Source: Candidatus Omnitrophota bacterium
GTDB taxonomy: Bacteria > Omnitrophota > Gorgyraeia > Gygaellales > Profunditerraquicolaceae
Direction: 5' to 3'
NCBI GenBank assembly: GCA_041650795.1
Contig: JBAZKK010000005.1
Span: forward strand, 1 to 57,861
DNA length: 57,861 nt
How positions within the stretch are numbered: the stretch's first letter is position 1; every line of letters begins with the position of its first letter. A program made the position numbers and the translations under genes. Positions 26,182-35,864 of this stretch are shown here, in pieces. The notes under the pieces are model-generated. The model was not told the DNA's origin. It did not search any database and saw only the letters and a list, made by a program, of their open reading frames with translations.

Positions 26182-27521
26182 TTTTTACGCGGGGGGTCAG
26201 TGAGGACGGGATTCTTCCAGAATTCCCTGACCAGATAATACGCCTTGCGGGGAATGCGCCTGTCCAGCCCGGATTCGTCCTCTTTGGACAATGCCACAAT
26301 CCCAAACCATTCCTCGTTCATATTCTTGTTATTAGCGGCTTTGATGTCAAAGTAATAACTGGGGTTGGACCAATTGGATTCGGCATCGTGGCGGCTCCAT
26401 CCGTCGGCATCATATTCGTTATGCTTCCACCACTCATCCGCCCATTCGAACATCGCGCCTCCGATGCAGTTACCCGCGCCGCCCTTAGTGGTAGCGAGGT
26501 TCTGATAAATCTGCCTCCACTGCGCCTGGAGGAAAAATGCCTGCATGTTCTGGTCCTCTTTCCCCAGATAAGCGTCGTAGCTGTCTGCGCCGAATTCAGA
26601 GATGAGGATCGGACGGTCAAAGATGCTTTTTAAGGAATTGAAGATATTGCCGAAGCCCTTGCCGCGATAGATGATGCATGCCACCACGTCTATATCAGGC
26701 GAGACATCACGAGCAACCTCCAGCCCCAGGAGCTCGCCGTTACCCAGGGCCACCGGGTGATTGGGGTCGATCTTATGGATTTCAGCTGCCAGCTCATTCA
26801 CGAAAGAATAATACACCCTGGCGCGCATCAGGTTCTGCTTTGCGGGGTCGGTCTCCTTATCTATTTCATCGGTGGACCATGGGTTGACCTGGCCGAAACA
26901 GGAATAATTGTTTTCATTGCCCAGGATCCACATGAGTACGCCGGGCTCGTCCTTATAGAGCCTGACCATATCAAGAACTTCTTTCTTAACCCTCTCCTGG
27001 AATTCCTTTCCGCCGTAAAGAGGGCAGGGGTATTCCCAGAACCCCAGCCAGTGCCCCATGACGGTGCGTATGCCGTAGATATTATACATATCGCTGATGA
27101 CCTTCTTGACACTGCCGGGGTTATTGCCGGCTTTGTATATGCGCACGGTATTGACGCCCATCTCCTGCATTAGCCTGCCGTCTGTCAACCAGGGCTTATT
27201 GGGGTCTGACCACCAGTCATAATCCTGCCCTTTGCCGATAGGAATAGGGTTATAACATACCCCCTTTACAACATAGGGCTTGCCTGCTGCCATCAACTCA
27301 TAACGGCTGCCTTTAAATTTCTTAACCCAAACTGCGGGCTTGGGCCTGGAAGCCATCCCCACAATGAAAAAGCAAAGCGCCAAGCAAGAAGCCGCAAGCA
27401 AGAACACCTTGCGGCTTCTAAACCCTTTTAACCTGACCTCTAACACCCGGCTGCTAACCCCTGTTTTTTTATTCGTATTTGATCTCATCCAGGTAGAAGG
27501 TCGCCCCTTCGGGATTGACAT
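26178..27521 (-). CDS. Clan GH-A glycoside hydrolase (GH2-TIM-barrel/GH5-like), membrane anchored
   Basis: YVVKGVCYNP, MGVNTVRIY, acid/base WILGNENN, nucleophile ISEFGAD, MFEWADEWWK, NEEWFGI. True start probably at or after ATG 27488. Confidence 0.82.
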   Translation of the reverse strand: MSIPKGRPSTWMRSNTNKKTGVSSRVLEVRLKGFRSRKVFLLAASCLALCFFIVGMASRPKPAVWVKKFKGSRYELMAAGKPYVVKGVCYNPIPIGKGQDYDWWSDPNKPWLTDGRLMQEMGVNTVRIYKAGNNPGSVKKVISDMYNIYGIRTVMGHWLGFWEYPCPLYGGKEFQERVKKEVLDMVRLYKDEPGVLMWILGNENNYSCFGQVNPWSTDEIDKETDPAKQNLMRARVYYSFVNELAAEIHKIDPNHPVALGNGELLGLEVARDVSPDIDVVACIIYRGKGFGNIFNSLKSIFDRPILISEFGADSYDAYLGKEDQNMQAFFLQAQWRQIYQNLATTKGGAGNCIGGAMFEWADEWWKHNEYDADGWSRHDAESNWSNPSYYFDIKAANNKNMNEEWFGIVALSKEDESGLDRRIPRKAYYLVREFWKNPVLTDPPRKK

Positions 27522-28653
27522 CGGCGTTGGTAACCCAGCAGAAGCCGCCGATAATATAGGACATATCCTTGCCTTTTAGGTCAATGGTGTATTGAGTCCA
27601 TTCCTTGTTTAATATCACCGGCCCTATGCTGGCGGAATCGGAATCAGAATATTCCCCCATAATACCGCCGATCTTAAACTCCTCAATTCTCTCCCCGCCT
27701 TTTTCTCCGCGCGCCCAGAAGGTAAGCTGCTTAGCGCGGGAAAGGTCAAAACCGGCGTCAACAGTACCCCAGTTATTGGGAGGGTTCTGCCAGTAGACGC
27801 CTGCCCAACGTACCCCTTGAGCGGCTTTAGCGGTATATACCATTTTAATGCAGCTGTTGCCAAGATAAGGGTCCGTATTGGAAGCGATATCAACCTTTAC
27901 ATCGCCGTAGCTGCCCATAAACCCTGAAGGAGTAAAATGGTTGGTTATGGAATTTCTGTCGGCGTAGACGTAAAAAGGCATGTTCTCCACCTTGTGGTCC
28001 TCGGGCTTCATGGTAGGGTCGGCCTCGAATTTAATATCATCCAGATAAAAGGTGGCGCCCTGAGGGTTTAAATCAGAGTTGGTAACCCAGCCAAATGCGC
28101 CGCTGATATAACTTAGGTCCTTGCCGGCAAGGTTAATCGCATATTGTTTCCAGGTATCGGTGAGCTCAACCGGGCCGAACTTAACCGCCGCGGTATCGGG
28201 ATAGGTCCCCTTGATGCCTCCGACCATAAATTCCCTGATAACCTCGCCGCCTTTGGCGCCCTTGGCCCAAAAGGTAAGCTTGGTCATGCCGCTAAGGTCA
28301 AAACCGCCCTTCCTCGTTCCCCAGTTATTTGCGGGATTCTGCCAGTAAACCCCTGACCAGCCCTGCCCCTGGCTGTTTTTTGCGGTGTATACAAATTCAA
28401 TGCCGGTAGCACCGCTATGAGGGTTGGCCATGTATTGATCGTTAATCTTGATGTCACCGACATCGCCCATAAACCCCGAAGGTATATAATGATTGTCCCT
28501 GGAGTTTCTATCATTGTAAATAATAAACTCCTTGGGCGCCAGGGTTGCGGCGGAAGACCCCTCTTTAGCTGTTTCGGATGAGGTCTCTGCCGATAAAAGA
28601 CAGGTCGGCAATGCTAAAAACAGGACTGCCAGGACTAAAAACATTCTTTTCAT
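27469..28653 (-). CDS. Exported protein with two tandem carbohydrate-binding-like (CBM11/galactose-binding-fold-like) domains
   Basis: Signal peptide, then two copies of about 170 aa (PSGFMG...W[SA]GVYWQNP[AP]NNWG...GFDLS...LTFWA[KR]G[AE]KGGE...GATFYLD[DE]IK[FY]E); strong RBS. Confidence 0.72.
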   Translation of the reverse strand: MKRMFLVLAVLFLALPTCLLSAETSSETAKEGSSAATLAPKEFIIYNDRNSRDNHYIPSGFMGDVGDIKINDQYMANPHSGATGIEFVYTAKNSQGQGWSGVYWQNPANNWGTRKGGFDLSGMTKLTFWAKGAKGGEVIREFMVGGIKGTYPDTAAVKFGPVELTDTWKQYAINLAGKDLSYISGAFGWVTNSDLNPQGATFYLDDIKFEADPTMKPEDHKVENMPFYVYADRNSITNHFTPSGFMGSYGDVKVDIASNTDPYLGNSCIKMVYTAKAAQGVRWAGVYWQNPPNNWGTVDAGFDLSRAKQLTFWARGEKGGERIEEFKIGGIMGEYSDSDSASIGPVILNKEWTQYTIDLKGKDMSYIIGGFCWVTNADVNPEGATFYLDEIKYE

Positions 28654-28677
28654 TTCCTACTCCTCCTTTTTCATTAT

Positions 28678-28705
28678 ATTTTACCAGGGACGGTTCTGAA
28701 GTCAA
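28678..28705 (-). promoter_or_regulatory. Possible internal sigma70 promoter upstream of the CBM-like gene
   Basis: Minus strand TTGACT-16 nt-TAAAAT within a GGGAC...GTCCC imperfect palindrome. Confidence 0.45.
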
Positions 28706-28754
28706 TCCTAAAGTGTCCCCTTAGCAACACCTTTGTTTCGGGTCCAGAACCTCC

Positions 28755-31088
28755 CTAATCCTGATCTTGATGCCAAGCCTCTTTGTAGTAATAATACGCC
28801 TGGCGCAAATGTCTTAGAAAAGGGCTCTCTTTACCGTTGCCCTGGCCGCATACCCCCAGCCACTCCTCGTGCATATAGCCGTCTGGAAAGGGCCCTGTAA
28901 ATAACCCCTTGGTATCATGTAGTGAAGGCTCGTAGGCCTTCCACCATTCATCCAGCCACTCAAAAACAACCCCTCCCAGGGCATTACCGGCTCCCCCATG
29001 GAATGCCATATTGGCCTCAATATCTTCCCAGGCTGCGCGGTGGTACTCTGACTGCAGCCGCTCTGCCTCTTCGGGGCTCTTGCCGTCAGCGTGAGCAGGA
29101 CAGCCGTATTCCGTAATGAAAGCCGGTTTATCCGCTTCCTCCTTTACCTGCCGGAAGAGAAAACCAAAACCGTAATCCCCGCGGTAGGCATTGGTGCCGA
29201 AGATATCAATGTCAGGGCAGTCCTTGCCGAATTTATCCAGGAAGAGTATATCGCCGCTACAGATTGCTACCGGGTGCTCCGGGTCAAGCCCCTTAATACG
29301 AAGGGCTGCCTCGTTGGCAAATTTGAAAAAGGCATCCGGTTCTTTATCGGCATTGCAGGCAAAACCGTAAACATTCTCATTACCAAGCAGCCAAAAGAGG
29401 ATATAGGGCTCGCCCTTGAATTCCTCAACCATCTGGGTTACCGATTCCAGCATCTTCTTCTTATGCTCGGGGTTACTATAGTCCGTGCCAGGATACCAGG
29501 GCGCGCCGGAACCGATGGCGTATTTGCCGAGGAAATCCCCCATGATCACCCTGATGCCGTATCTGCGGTAAAGTTCCCGCAACAGTTCCTTGTTGACCTT
29601 GGAAGGATGATGGTAGAGCCGGATGGTATTTACGCCCATTTCCTGCATCAATCTAAAATCACCCACGGACGGCTCGTTTTTATCATGGGCGCTGTTGTTG
29701 TTGGCGTCCACAAAGGAATCATAGGGCCCGTCGATTTTGCCGTTCCTGTTGAAATCTTCATACATCCAGTTGCCGAGCGTGCCTTCATCCGGAGATTGGC
29801 CTATCTTGGTGGGGGTATAGGTAATGCCTTTGATAATATAGGGTTTACCATCAACCAACAACTGCCAGTCACCGCTCTCGTATTGGACAAGATGCACCTT
29901 GCCTTCGCCCAGGCGTTTCTTAATACCCAAGGGCTCCGGATTCGGTTTGGGCTTGGGTTTTTCCAAGGGGCGGATCTTGACGAACCTGCCGGGATTGACC
30001 ATCGCAACGTCATTGGAGACATCGTTATCAAAACCGTTGATAATCCTGATGTCTGCTCCTTCAAGGCGGTAACCCAATTGTGGGTTGCGTTTCAACAAAA
30101 AATTTATCTTGGAGATCGCGGCCTGCCCAACGTACCAGGGGGTCTGCCAGTAGGTCCACCCGTAGCTGCCGGGAAAATGCACGACGATGGCGTAATAGCA
30201 TTTGATGGCGTGCTCGATAAGGCCGGAGTTTTCCAGGATCAGGCCGGTATAGAACAATTTTATACCCTTGGGTTCCGAGCAGGTTGCCCATTTCAGAAAA
30301 GCTGCCTCCAGATCCGGAGAATGCACAAAATCCCAGACATTACCATCCAGCCTGTTTTCTTTCTGCGCCTTCTTGAGCGCCGGGTCACGGCGCACGGATG
30401 AGGTATTGGGGTGAATCCCTTCCCCCACTGCCGCGCTTAACCCCTGCTGGTCGCTGATAATATAGGCATAATCTTTGGTAGCGGCATCCTTAAACTCGCC
30501 GTATTTGGAATAATCCACAAAATCCTCTTTGCCGGGGTCATAAAGGATAACCTTGGTGGCAAGCCGGCTAGGTCTGTTTTTATTTTCCATCTCAATAGAG
30601 CCGGTCTCAATCTTCTTGATGCTCTGCTGGGCCGCGGTCCCCAGCTGCCAATACCAGCCGCGCTGATCCCAGGCCTGGGCGTAAGGGTATTTATCGGAGA
30701 TCAGCTGGAATATCTTCTTGGCCTCTTCTGTTTTTTGCTGGCGCAGCAGGCTTTCCGCCTGGATAAAATAGGCCGTAGCCACGTCGTTCAAAACCGCCAC
30801 CTGCTCAATCTCCGCCTTGTTCCTGGGGAGCGCCTTCAAAGCGGACTGTTCCCTGTCCGCTTCCTCTTTATACAGCCTTATGCATTCGCCGGTATAGCGC
30901 AGGGTCGCCTCCGCGTCTCTCTTGCCGTGCGCCTCCCAGGCCTTATCAATGAGCTCGCCGCAAGACGGCTTGACCTCTCCGGCATAAAGTTTGTGTAATG
31001 TAAGCGGCCTGATGTGCAATGAAAAAAAGACGGCGAGCCACATTAATGCATGGCGCATTATCCTTTTAACATTATACCGTCTTTTCAT
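28755..31088 (-). CDS. Exported TPR-like + clan GH-A glycoside hydrolase
   Basis: Signal peptide, helical N-terminal region, then IIKGITYTP, MGVNTIRLY, WLLGNEN, ITEYGCP, VFEWLDEWWK, HEEWLGV; clearly a paralog of 26178-27521. Confidence 0.82.
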   Translation of the reverse strand: MKRRYNVKRIMRHALMWLAVFFSLHIRPLTLHKLYAGEVKPSCGELIDKAWEAHGKRDAEATLRYTGECIRLYKEEADREQSALKALPRNKAEIEQVAVLNDVATAYFIQAESLLRQQKTEEAKKIFQLISDKYPYAQAWDQRGWYWQLGTAAQQSIKKIETGSIEMENKNRPSRLATKVILYDPGKEDFVDYSKYGEFKDAATKDYAYIISDQQGLSAAVGEGIHPNTSSVRRDPALKKAQKENRLDGNVWDFVHSPDLEAAFLKWATCSEPKGIKLFYTGLILENSGLIEHAIKCYYAIVVHFPGSYGWTYWQTPWYVGQAAISKINFLLKRNPQLGYRLEGADIRIINGFDNDVSNDVAMVNPGRFVKIRPLEKPKPKPNPEPLGIKKRLGEGKVHLVQYESGDWQLLVDGKPYIIKGITYTPTKIGQSPDEGTLGNWMYEDFNRNGKIDGPYDSFVDANNNSAHDKNEPSVGDFRLMQEMGVNTIRLYHHPSKVNKELLRELYRRYGIRVIMGDFLGKYAIGSGAPWYPGTDYSNPEHKKKMLESVTQMVEEFKGEPYILFWLLGNENVYGFACNADKEPDAFFKFANEAALRIKGLDPEHPVAICSGDILFLDKFGKDCPDIDIFGTNAYRGDYGFGFLFRQVKEEADKPAFITEYGCPAHADGKSPEEAERLQSEYHRAAWEDIEANMAFHGGAGNALGGVVFEWLDEWWKAYEPSLHDTKGLFTGPFPDGYMHEEWLGVCGQGNGKESPFLRHLRQAYYYYKEAWHQDQD

Positions 31089-32584
31089 TCTTGCCGCCTG
31101 TCTCCTTTTCGCCTGTCTTCTTCCATCCGCCTCTCTTCCTGGCCTCGCCTTTCTCCTCTGCGCCGCTCTACCTGCGCGCGGATCTCGCCCGCCTTGGCTT
31201 CGGTGATGTCAAAAGTCAGGATAATGAAAATCGCGATCAAAGAGGTAATGATGGGTATCCCGATATCGCAGACCCTCATCCAGAATAAAGAGCTGGCCGA
31301 TTGCTCGGCGCCAAACGCGATATTGAAGCCGGTCATGTTAAGAAGGATGCCGGAGATAAGCGAGGAAATCGCCAGCCCCAGCTTTACCATCCACCAGTAA
31401 ATAGCGCCGAACAGGCCTTCCCTGCGCGTGCCGGTCAGGAGCTCGTCAAAATCGCAGACATCGGCCACCATGGAGCTGACCAGCGTGAAAAGCGACCCCA
31501 GGCCAAAGGCGATGAAAGGGGCTGCAATCAAGAGCCGGTACGGGTAATGCGGATTATACCCTATCCACTTCAGGGCGTAACCTATGATAGAGATAGAGAT
31601 GGTTATCAAAAAGGTGTTGCGCTTGCCGATCCTTGTGGAGAGCCAAGTGGCTATAAAAATGACGCAAAAAGTGCAAAGAGAACTAAGCGAACCGAACCAT
31701 CCCAGAAGCGTTCCGCCTTTTGAATAATCGCCGTGGTAAACATAGAAGAAAATAACATATGCCGTAAAAGCGCTGGCAAGCATAAATCCGTTGAAGATCA
31801 GGAAGGTTGCCACGCAAAGCTTGACGAACGGACGGCATTTGAAGGCGCTCGCAAACCCCCTGAAGAAATCCCTGGTGATATTCCAGGGCCCCTTGCCTCT
31901 TTCAGGCTTGGGTATGTCGGCGAAACGCTCTTTGATAAAAATTGCCGGCAGTATTCCGCCCAATACGATAAAGACGCCGAGGATTATCGAGAGGACCCGC
32001 GCGCCCTGGACAATATCCGTAAACCAGGACTTGTTGTCCATAATCTTGAAAAACCAGGGGGCGATCACCCAGGCAAGCTGGCCGACAAAATTGCTGGCTG
32101 CCTGCAGCCTTGTGCGCTCGTGATAATCGGGCGTCATTTCGTAGCCCAGCGCGATCCAGGGGATGGAAAAACAGGTGAATCCGAGAAAATAAAGGCTCTG
32201 GAACGCCGCGAAATACCAGAAATAAAAACTTTCGCTGTGCCCTTTATAGAACTGAAACATCAGCGCAAAAAGGATGCCTCCGGCAATCGCTCCAAAGAAT
32301 ATAACCGGCCTGCGCCTGCCCCATCTGGTCCGGAAATTATCCGAGAAATAACCTGTAGCGGGATCCGATATGGCATCGAGAATGCGGGGGATGGCCCCCA
32401 CCAAACCCACCAAAGCGGGATTCACGCCTAATCCGATGTTCAAAACAATAACCATCGCACCAATGGCGGCGGATTGGATGCTGTTAACCAGCCCTCCTAT
32501 GCTGTATGCTACCTTTTGCAAAATTGGGATGCGGTCTTCGCGGGCCGTAAGATGGCGCTTCGGTTGAGCGATCGTCTCTTCCAT
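31085..32584 (-). CDS. MFS glycoside-pentoside-hexuronide (MelB-like) sugar:cation symporter
   Basis: ILDAISDPATGYFSDNFRTRWGRRRP, LGYEMTPDYHERTRL, MVADVCDFDELLTGTRREG; about 12 TM; unusual Arg/Glu-rich tail. Confidence 0.92.
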   Translation of the reverse strand: MEETIAQPKRHLTAREDRIPILQKVAYSIGGLVNSIQSAAIGAMVIVLNIGLGVNPALVGLVGAIPRILDAISDPATGYFSDNFRTRWGRRRPVIFFGAIAGGILFALMFQFYKGHSESFYFWYFAAFQSLYFLGFTCFSIPWIALGYEMTPDYHERTRLQAASNFVGQLAWVIAPWFFKIMDNKSWFTDIVQGARVLSIILGVFIVLGGILPAIFIKERFADIPKPERGKGPWNITRDFFRGFASAFKCRPFVKLCVATFLIFNGFMLASAFTAYVIFFYVYHGDYSKGGTLLGWFGSLSSLCTFCVIFIATWLSTRIGKRNTFLITISISIIGYALKWIGYNPHYPYRLLIAAPFIAFGLGSLFTLVSSMVADVCDFDELLTGTRREGLFGAIYWWMVKLGLAISSLISGILLNMTGFNIAFGAEQSASSLFWMRVCDIGIPIITSLIAIFIILTFDITEAKAGEIRAQVERRRGERRGQEERRMEEDRRKGDRRQE

Positions 32585-32654
32585 TAACTACCCTCCTCTT
32601 TCCTTTTTAACTGAATTGGCGCTCCTGCCTGACGCAGGCAATTATGAGTGTTGC

Positions 32655-32683
32655 ATTATAACAAATATAACCGTTGCAAGCAA
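32655..32683 (-). promoter_or_regulatory. Sigma70-type promoter upstream of the MFS gene
   Basis: Minus strand TTGCTT-17 nt-TATAAT with TGn extended -10. The spacer contains TGCAACGGTTATA, loosely resembling a LacI-family operator. Confidence 0.6.
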
Positions 32684-32723
32684 TAATTATTATCCTCGTC
32701 GTAAGCATCCGGCCGCCCGGCAA

Positions 32724-33572
32724 TCAGCTCAATACCGCTCCGGAGGATATCCCCTTCACGATATACTTCTGCATCAGCATATACACCAGGATGATAGGCA
32801 GGGCTGTTATAGTCAGGCCGGCCATCAAAAGCGGATAATTGGTCAGAAATTCCCCCTGGAATACCATTAATGCCCGTTGGAGAGGCATAAGGCTCTTGGT
32901 GTCGAATATTATCATCGCCAGCACGTATTCGTTCCAGACATTCAGGGCGTTAAAGACCACTACCACCGCCAGTACCGGTCGCGCCAGGGGCATCGCCACA
33001 TGCCACCAGACCCCGAACTTGGAAGAACCGTCAATCCTGGCGGCGTCTTCCAGCTCCCGTGGCAATTTATCAAAAAATGTCTTTAAAAGGAATATGCTCA
33101 TCGACAATCCGACGTTTATCATGCACAGGATATAGCCGAAGGCAGTATCCCTCAGGTGTAATTTGTTGAGGAGCACATAGAGGGGCACGAAGCTCCCGGG
33201 CACAGGGATCATCATTGCCGCCATAAATATAAAAAAGAGGACGTTCTTGCCTGGAAAGCGAAGGCGCGAAAAGGCGTAAGCAGCCAGAGAAGCCACGATA
33301 ACTATCCCGGACACAACCGACACCGTATAGAAAATGCTGTTTAAAAAATACCGGCCGAAACCGCCCTGCTGCCAGGCGAGATAATAATTCTCGAAATGAA
33401 AACCATGGGGTATAAACGACATATCCTTGAAGATGGTCTGCTGCGTCTTCAGGCTCGAAGAGACCATCCACAAGAGCGGGAAAAGGCAGGTTACGGCAAC
33501 GCTGATAAGAAAGGCGTGTATCAGGATATTGATGGCGGTTTTTTTAGCTCTGTAATATAAACGCGTTCTCAT
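32724..33572 (-). CDS. Carbohydrate ABC transporter permease (MalG/UgpE-like)
   Basis: FPLLWMVSSSLK, LAAYAFSRLRFPGK, EAA loop LPRELEDAARIDG, WNEYVLA. Confidence 0.95.
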   Translation of the reverse strand: MRTRLYYRAKKTAINILIHAFLISVAVTCLFPLLWMVSSSLKTQQTIFKDMSFIPHGFHFENYYLAWQQGGFGRYFLNSIFYTVSVVSGIVIVASLAAYAFSRLRFPGKNVLFFIFMAAMMIPVPGSFVPLYVLLNKLHLRDTAFGYILCMINVGLSMSIFLLKTFFDKLPRELEDAARIDGSSKFGVWWHVAMPLARPVLAVVVVFNALNVWNEYVLAMIIFDTKSLMPLQRALMVFQGEFLTNYPLLMAGLTITALPIILVYMLMQKYIVKGISSGAVLS

Positions 33573-33576
33573 GACA

Positions 33577-34455
33577 TCAAGCCTGCCTGGCGTATCTTGA
33601 AAAGCGATACTGGATGAAGGAGATCGTCATCAATATTGCGCCGAAGGTAATGCTCTGGGCGCAGGCGTAACCGAACCGCGAAGAACCCCGCATTGCCGCC
33701 AGGATCCGCAATACCGGCACCTGGGTATGGTATGCCGGGCCACCGTCGGTCATGGCAATAATCAAAACGAACCCCTGCATCGTCCCCAGGATAGTAAGTA
33801 TAGCCACCAATACCACTACCGGCACCATCAGAGGCATAGTAACTTTGCGGAAACAAACCCAGGCATTGGCGCCGTCTACCCGCGCCGCTTCGTAGAATTC
33901 CCGCGGTATGGTCTGTAAACCTGCCAGGAATATCAGGAAACCCCAACCAAACCCTTTCCAGCAATGCACGATCGCCACCGTAGTCAGGGCGGTATTGGGG
34001 TCTGAGAGCCAGTTTCTGACAAGATTGCTTAACCCTAACTGCCCCAGCCAGTTATTGAGCAGCCCGTAATTGCCGTCTAGGATCCATTGCCACACCAGCC
34101 CCACCACTATCTCGGAGAGGACAGGCGGGATGAAGAATATCAGGCGGTAAAAATTCTTCATCCGGATCTCGCGGTCGCAGGCCCAGGCAAGCAAAAAGGC
34201 GAGGGCGTTCTGGAAAGTCAACGCAATGAGGGTGATGTACCCGGCATTAAGCATCGCCCCCCACCAGATCTTATCCTGGAGGATTATCTCTTTAAAATTG
34301 CTAAGGCCAACGAAGGCCTTGGTAGGAAGGATACCGTCCCAGCTGTAAAGCCCGAGCTGGAACACCCAGATGAAAGGTATGATATAGAATACCGCAAAAA
34401 TGGCTGCTGCAGGCAGGACAAAAAGATAGTTCTCGAAGGCAGGCTTAATCCTCAA
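33577..34455 (-). CDS. Carbohydrate ABC transporter permease (MalF/UgpA-like)
   Basis: FVGLSNF, FFIPPVLSEIVVGLVW, FLAGLQTIPREFYEAARVDGA, MTDGGP. TTG start overlapping the upstream stop. Confidence 0.95.
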   Translation of the reverse strand: MRIKPAFENYLFVLPAAAIFAVFYIIPFIWVFQLGLYSWDGILPTKAFVGLSNFKEIILQDKIWWGAMLNAGYITLIALTFQNALAFLLAWACDREIRMKNFYRLIFFIPPVLSEIVVGLVWQWILDGNYGLLNNWLGQLGLSNLVRNWLSDPNTALTTVAIVHCWKGFGWGFLIFLAGLQTIPREFYEAARVDGANAWVCFRKVTMPLMVPVVVLVAILTILGTMQGFVLIIAMTDGGPAYHTQVPVLRILAAMRGSSRFGYACAQSITFGAILMTISFIQYRFSRYARQA

Positions 34456-35750
34456 CGCGCCATCTCTCTTTCTTTGACCATCTCTACCTGCGCCGCTACC
34501 TGCTCCGGGGTCTTCTCGCCGATGATGATGGATTGGATGCCCTTGTCAAAAGCCTCGATTACCTGCGGATACTCCGAAATCCCCCAAGTATTGGGGTGCG
34601 TGGTTATCTCCATGTCGTTGGCGAACTCCGCCATAATAGGGGCTATGTTGCTCAAGGAATCCTTGTTGGAAGGAAGGTTATCGGTGGCTTCGGCCAGATA
34701 CACCTGTTGGTCGCGATCCGTCAGCCATTCCAGGAATTTCACCGCCCCTTCCTTATTCTTGGAACGGGCATTTACGATAAAGGACGAGCCCGCCCCTCCC
34801 CAGATGCTCATCGGGAATTTATCCGATGCCTTCGGAGGCAGCATCGGCGCATAATTCAGGTTCGGGTTCATTTCTTTATAGACGTTGAGACACCAGGAAC
34901 CGTTAAAAGCGAATACCGCCCTTTCGTTGGCAAAGAGTTGTTCGGCATTTTTATTAACCATGGTCACGATGCCGCTCGCCAACGCGCCGGAATCCTGCAT
35001 CTGTTTGAAGAGCGTAAAAACCCTTACCCAATCCGGGTCGGTGTAAGGAACCTTGCCCCTGATAGTATCCAGGATCTTGTCCTTGCCCATAATATTAAAG
35101 GCGTAATCATTCGCGAGGCAGTCAATCATCCAGATCTCGCCCCATCCGGAAACTAAACCCTGCATATTATTATCTTTGATTTTTCTTCCGATCTCCAGAA
35201 ATTCCGCAAAGGTCGCAGGCGGCCTGTCAGGGTTAATCCCCAATTTCCTGAATAAATCCTTATTGTAAAGCATCTGGATGGTCATGATATCTACGGGGAC
35301 CCCGTAGATGCCAGGCGTGATGCCGTAGGCGTTATCGGAAGAAAACTCGTTGACTGCCAGGGCTTTGGCAAAAAACCTCTTCTGCCATGCGCCGCCAGAA
35401 TCCTGCATATAGGGGGTGAGGTCTAAGATGTGCCCTGCCTTGATAAAGGAAGCGAAGTCGCGCTTTTCGCCGAGCAGGCCGAAGATGTCCGGCAGGTTAT
35501 TTCCCTGCGCTGCGGCGCGCACCTTCTGGGAATAAGCGTCCGAAGGAGCGTAGAGCTCAAAATTCACCCGCACCCCGGTCCTGGCTTCATATCTCTTGGC
35601 TAATTCTTGGAAGGCAGGATCGCGGTCAGTCATCCAATGCCAGACCGTAATGGTATTACTTGGTTTTCCGGAAATTTTCTGTCCGCAGCCTGCGGTAATT
35701 AATAATAAAAGAAGGAGGGCGGTTGTTAATACCGGGGAATTTCTTTTCAT
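34452..35750 (-). CDS. Sugar ABC transporter substrate-binding lipoprotein
   Basis: Lipobox ITAGC, TITVWHW, LPDIF, LDLTPY, MLYNKDLF, FNGSW, AVKFLEWL. Confidence 0.93.
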   Translation of the reverse strand: MKRNSPVLTTALLLLLLITAGCGQKISGKPSNTITVWHWMTDRDPAFQELAKRYEARTGVRVNFELYAPSDAYSQKVRAAAQGNNLPDIFGLLGEKRDFASFIKAGHILDLTPYMQDSGGAWQKRFFAKALAVNEFSSDNAYGITPGIYGVPVDIMTIQMLYNKDLFRKLGINPDRPPATFAEFLEIGRKIKDNNMQGLVSGWGEIWMIDCLANDYAFNIMGKDKILDTIRGKVPYTDPDWVRVFTLFKQMQDSGALASGIVTMVNKNAEQLFANERAVFAFNGSWCLNVYKEMNPNLNYAPMLPPKASDKFPMSIWGGAGSSFIVNARSKNKEGAVKFLEWLTDRDQQVYLAEATDNLPSNKDSLSNIAPIMAEFANDMEITTHPNTWGISEYPQVIEAFDKGIQSIIIGEKTPEQVAAQVEMVKEREMAR

Positions 35751-35864
35751 GCGAATTTGCTCATTATCTCACTTCAGGGGATAGAATATTTTGGAGGGAT
35801 ACTACCCCGCCATAAAAATCTTCCTTACCTTGCCATAAGTTGCCTGGGCGGTCAAGGCATTTGG

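Noticed and set aside
29091-30401. 436-aa plus-strand ORF
   Set aside because: Antisense to the well-supported GH-A gene; no RBS or domain signal.
32626-32640. TGCCTG-ACG-CAGGCA mini-palindrome resembling REP-like elements
   Set aside because: Single short copy in the window, no associated transposase; the same applies to the GGGAC...GTCCC element at 28687-28719.
33569-33964. 131-aa minus-strand ORF
   Set aside because: Alternate frame inside the MalF-like permease; no independent support.
34087-35156. 255-aa and 207-aa plus-strand ORFs
   Set aside because: Antisense shadows of the ABC permease and substrate-binding genes.
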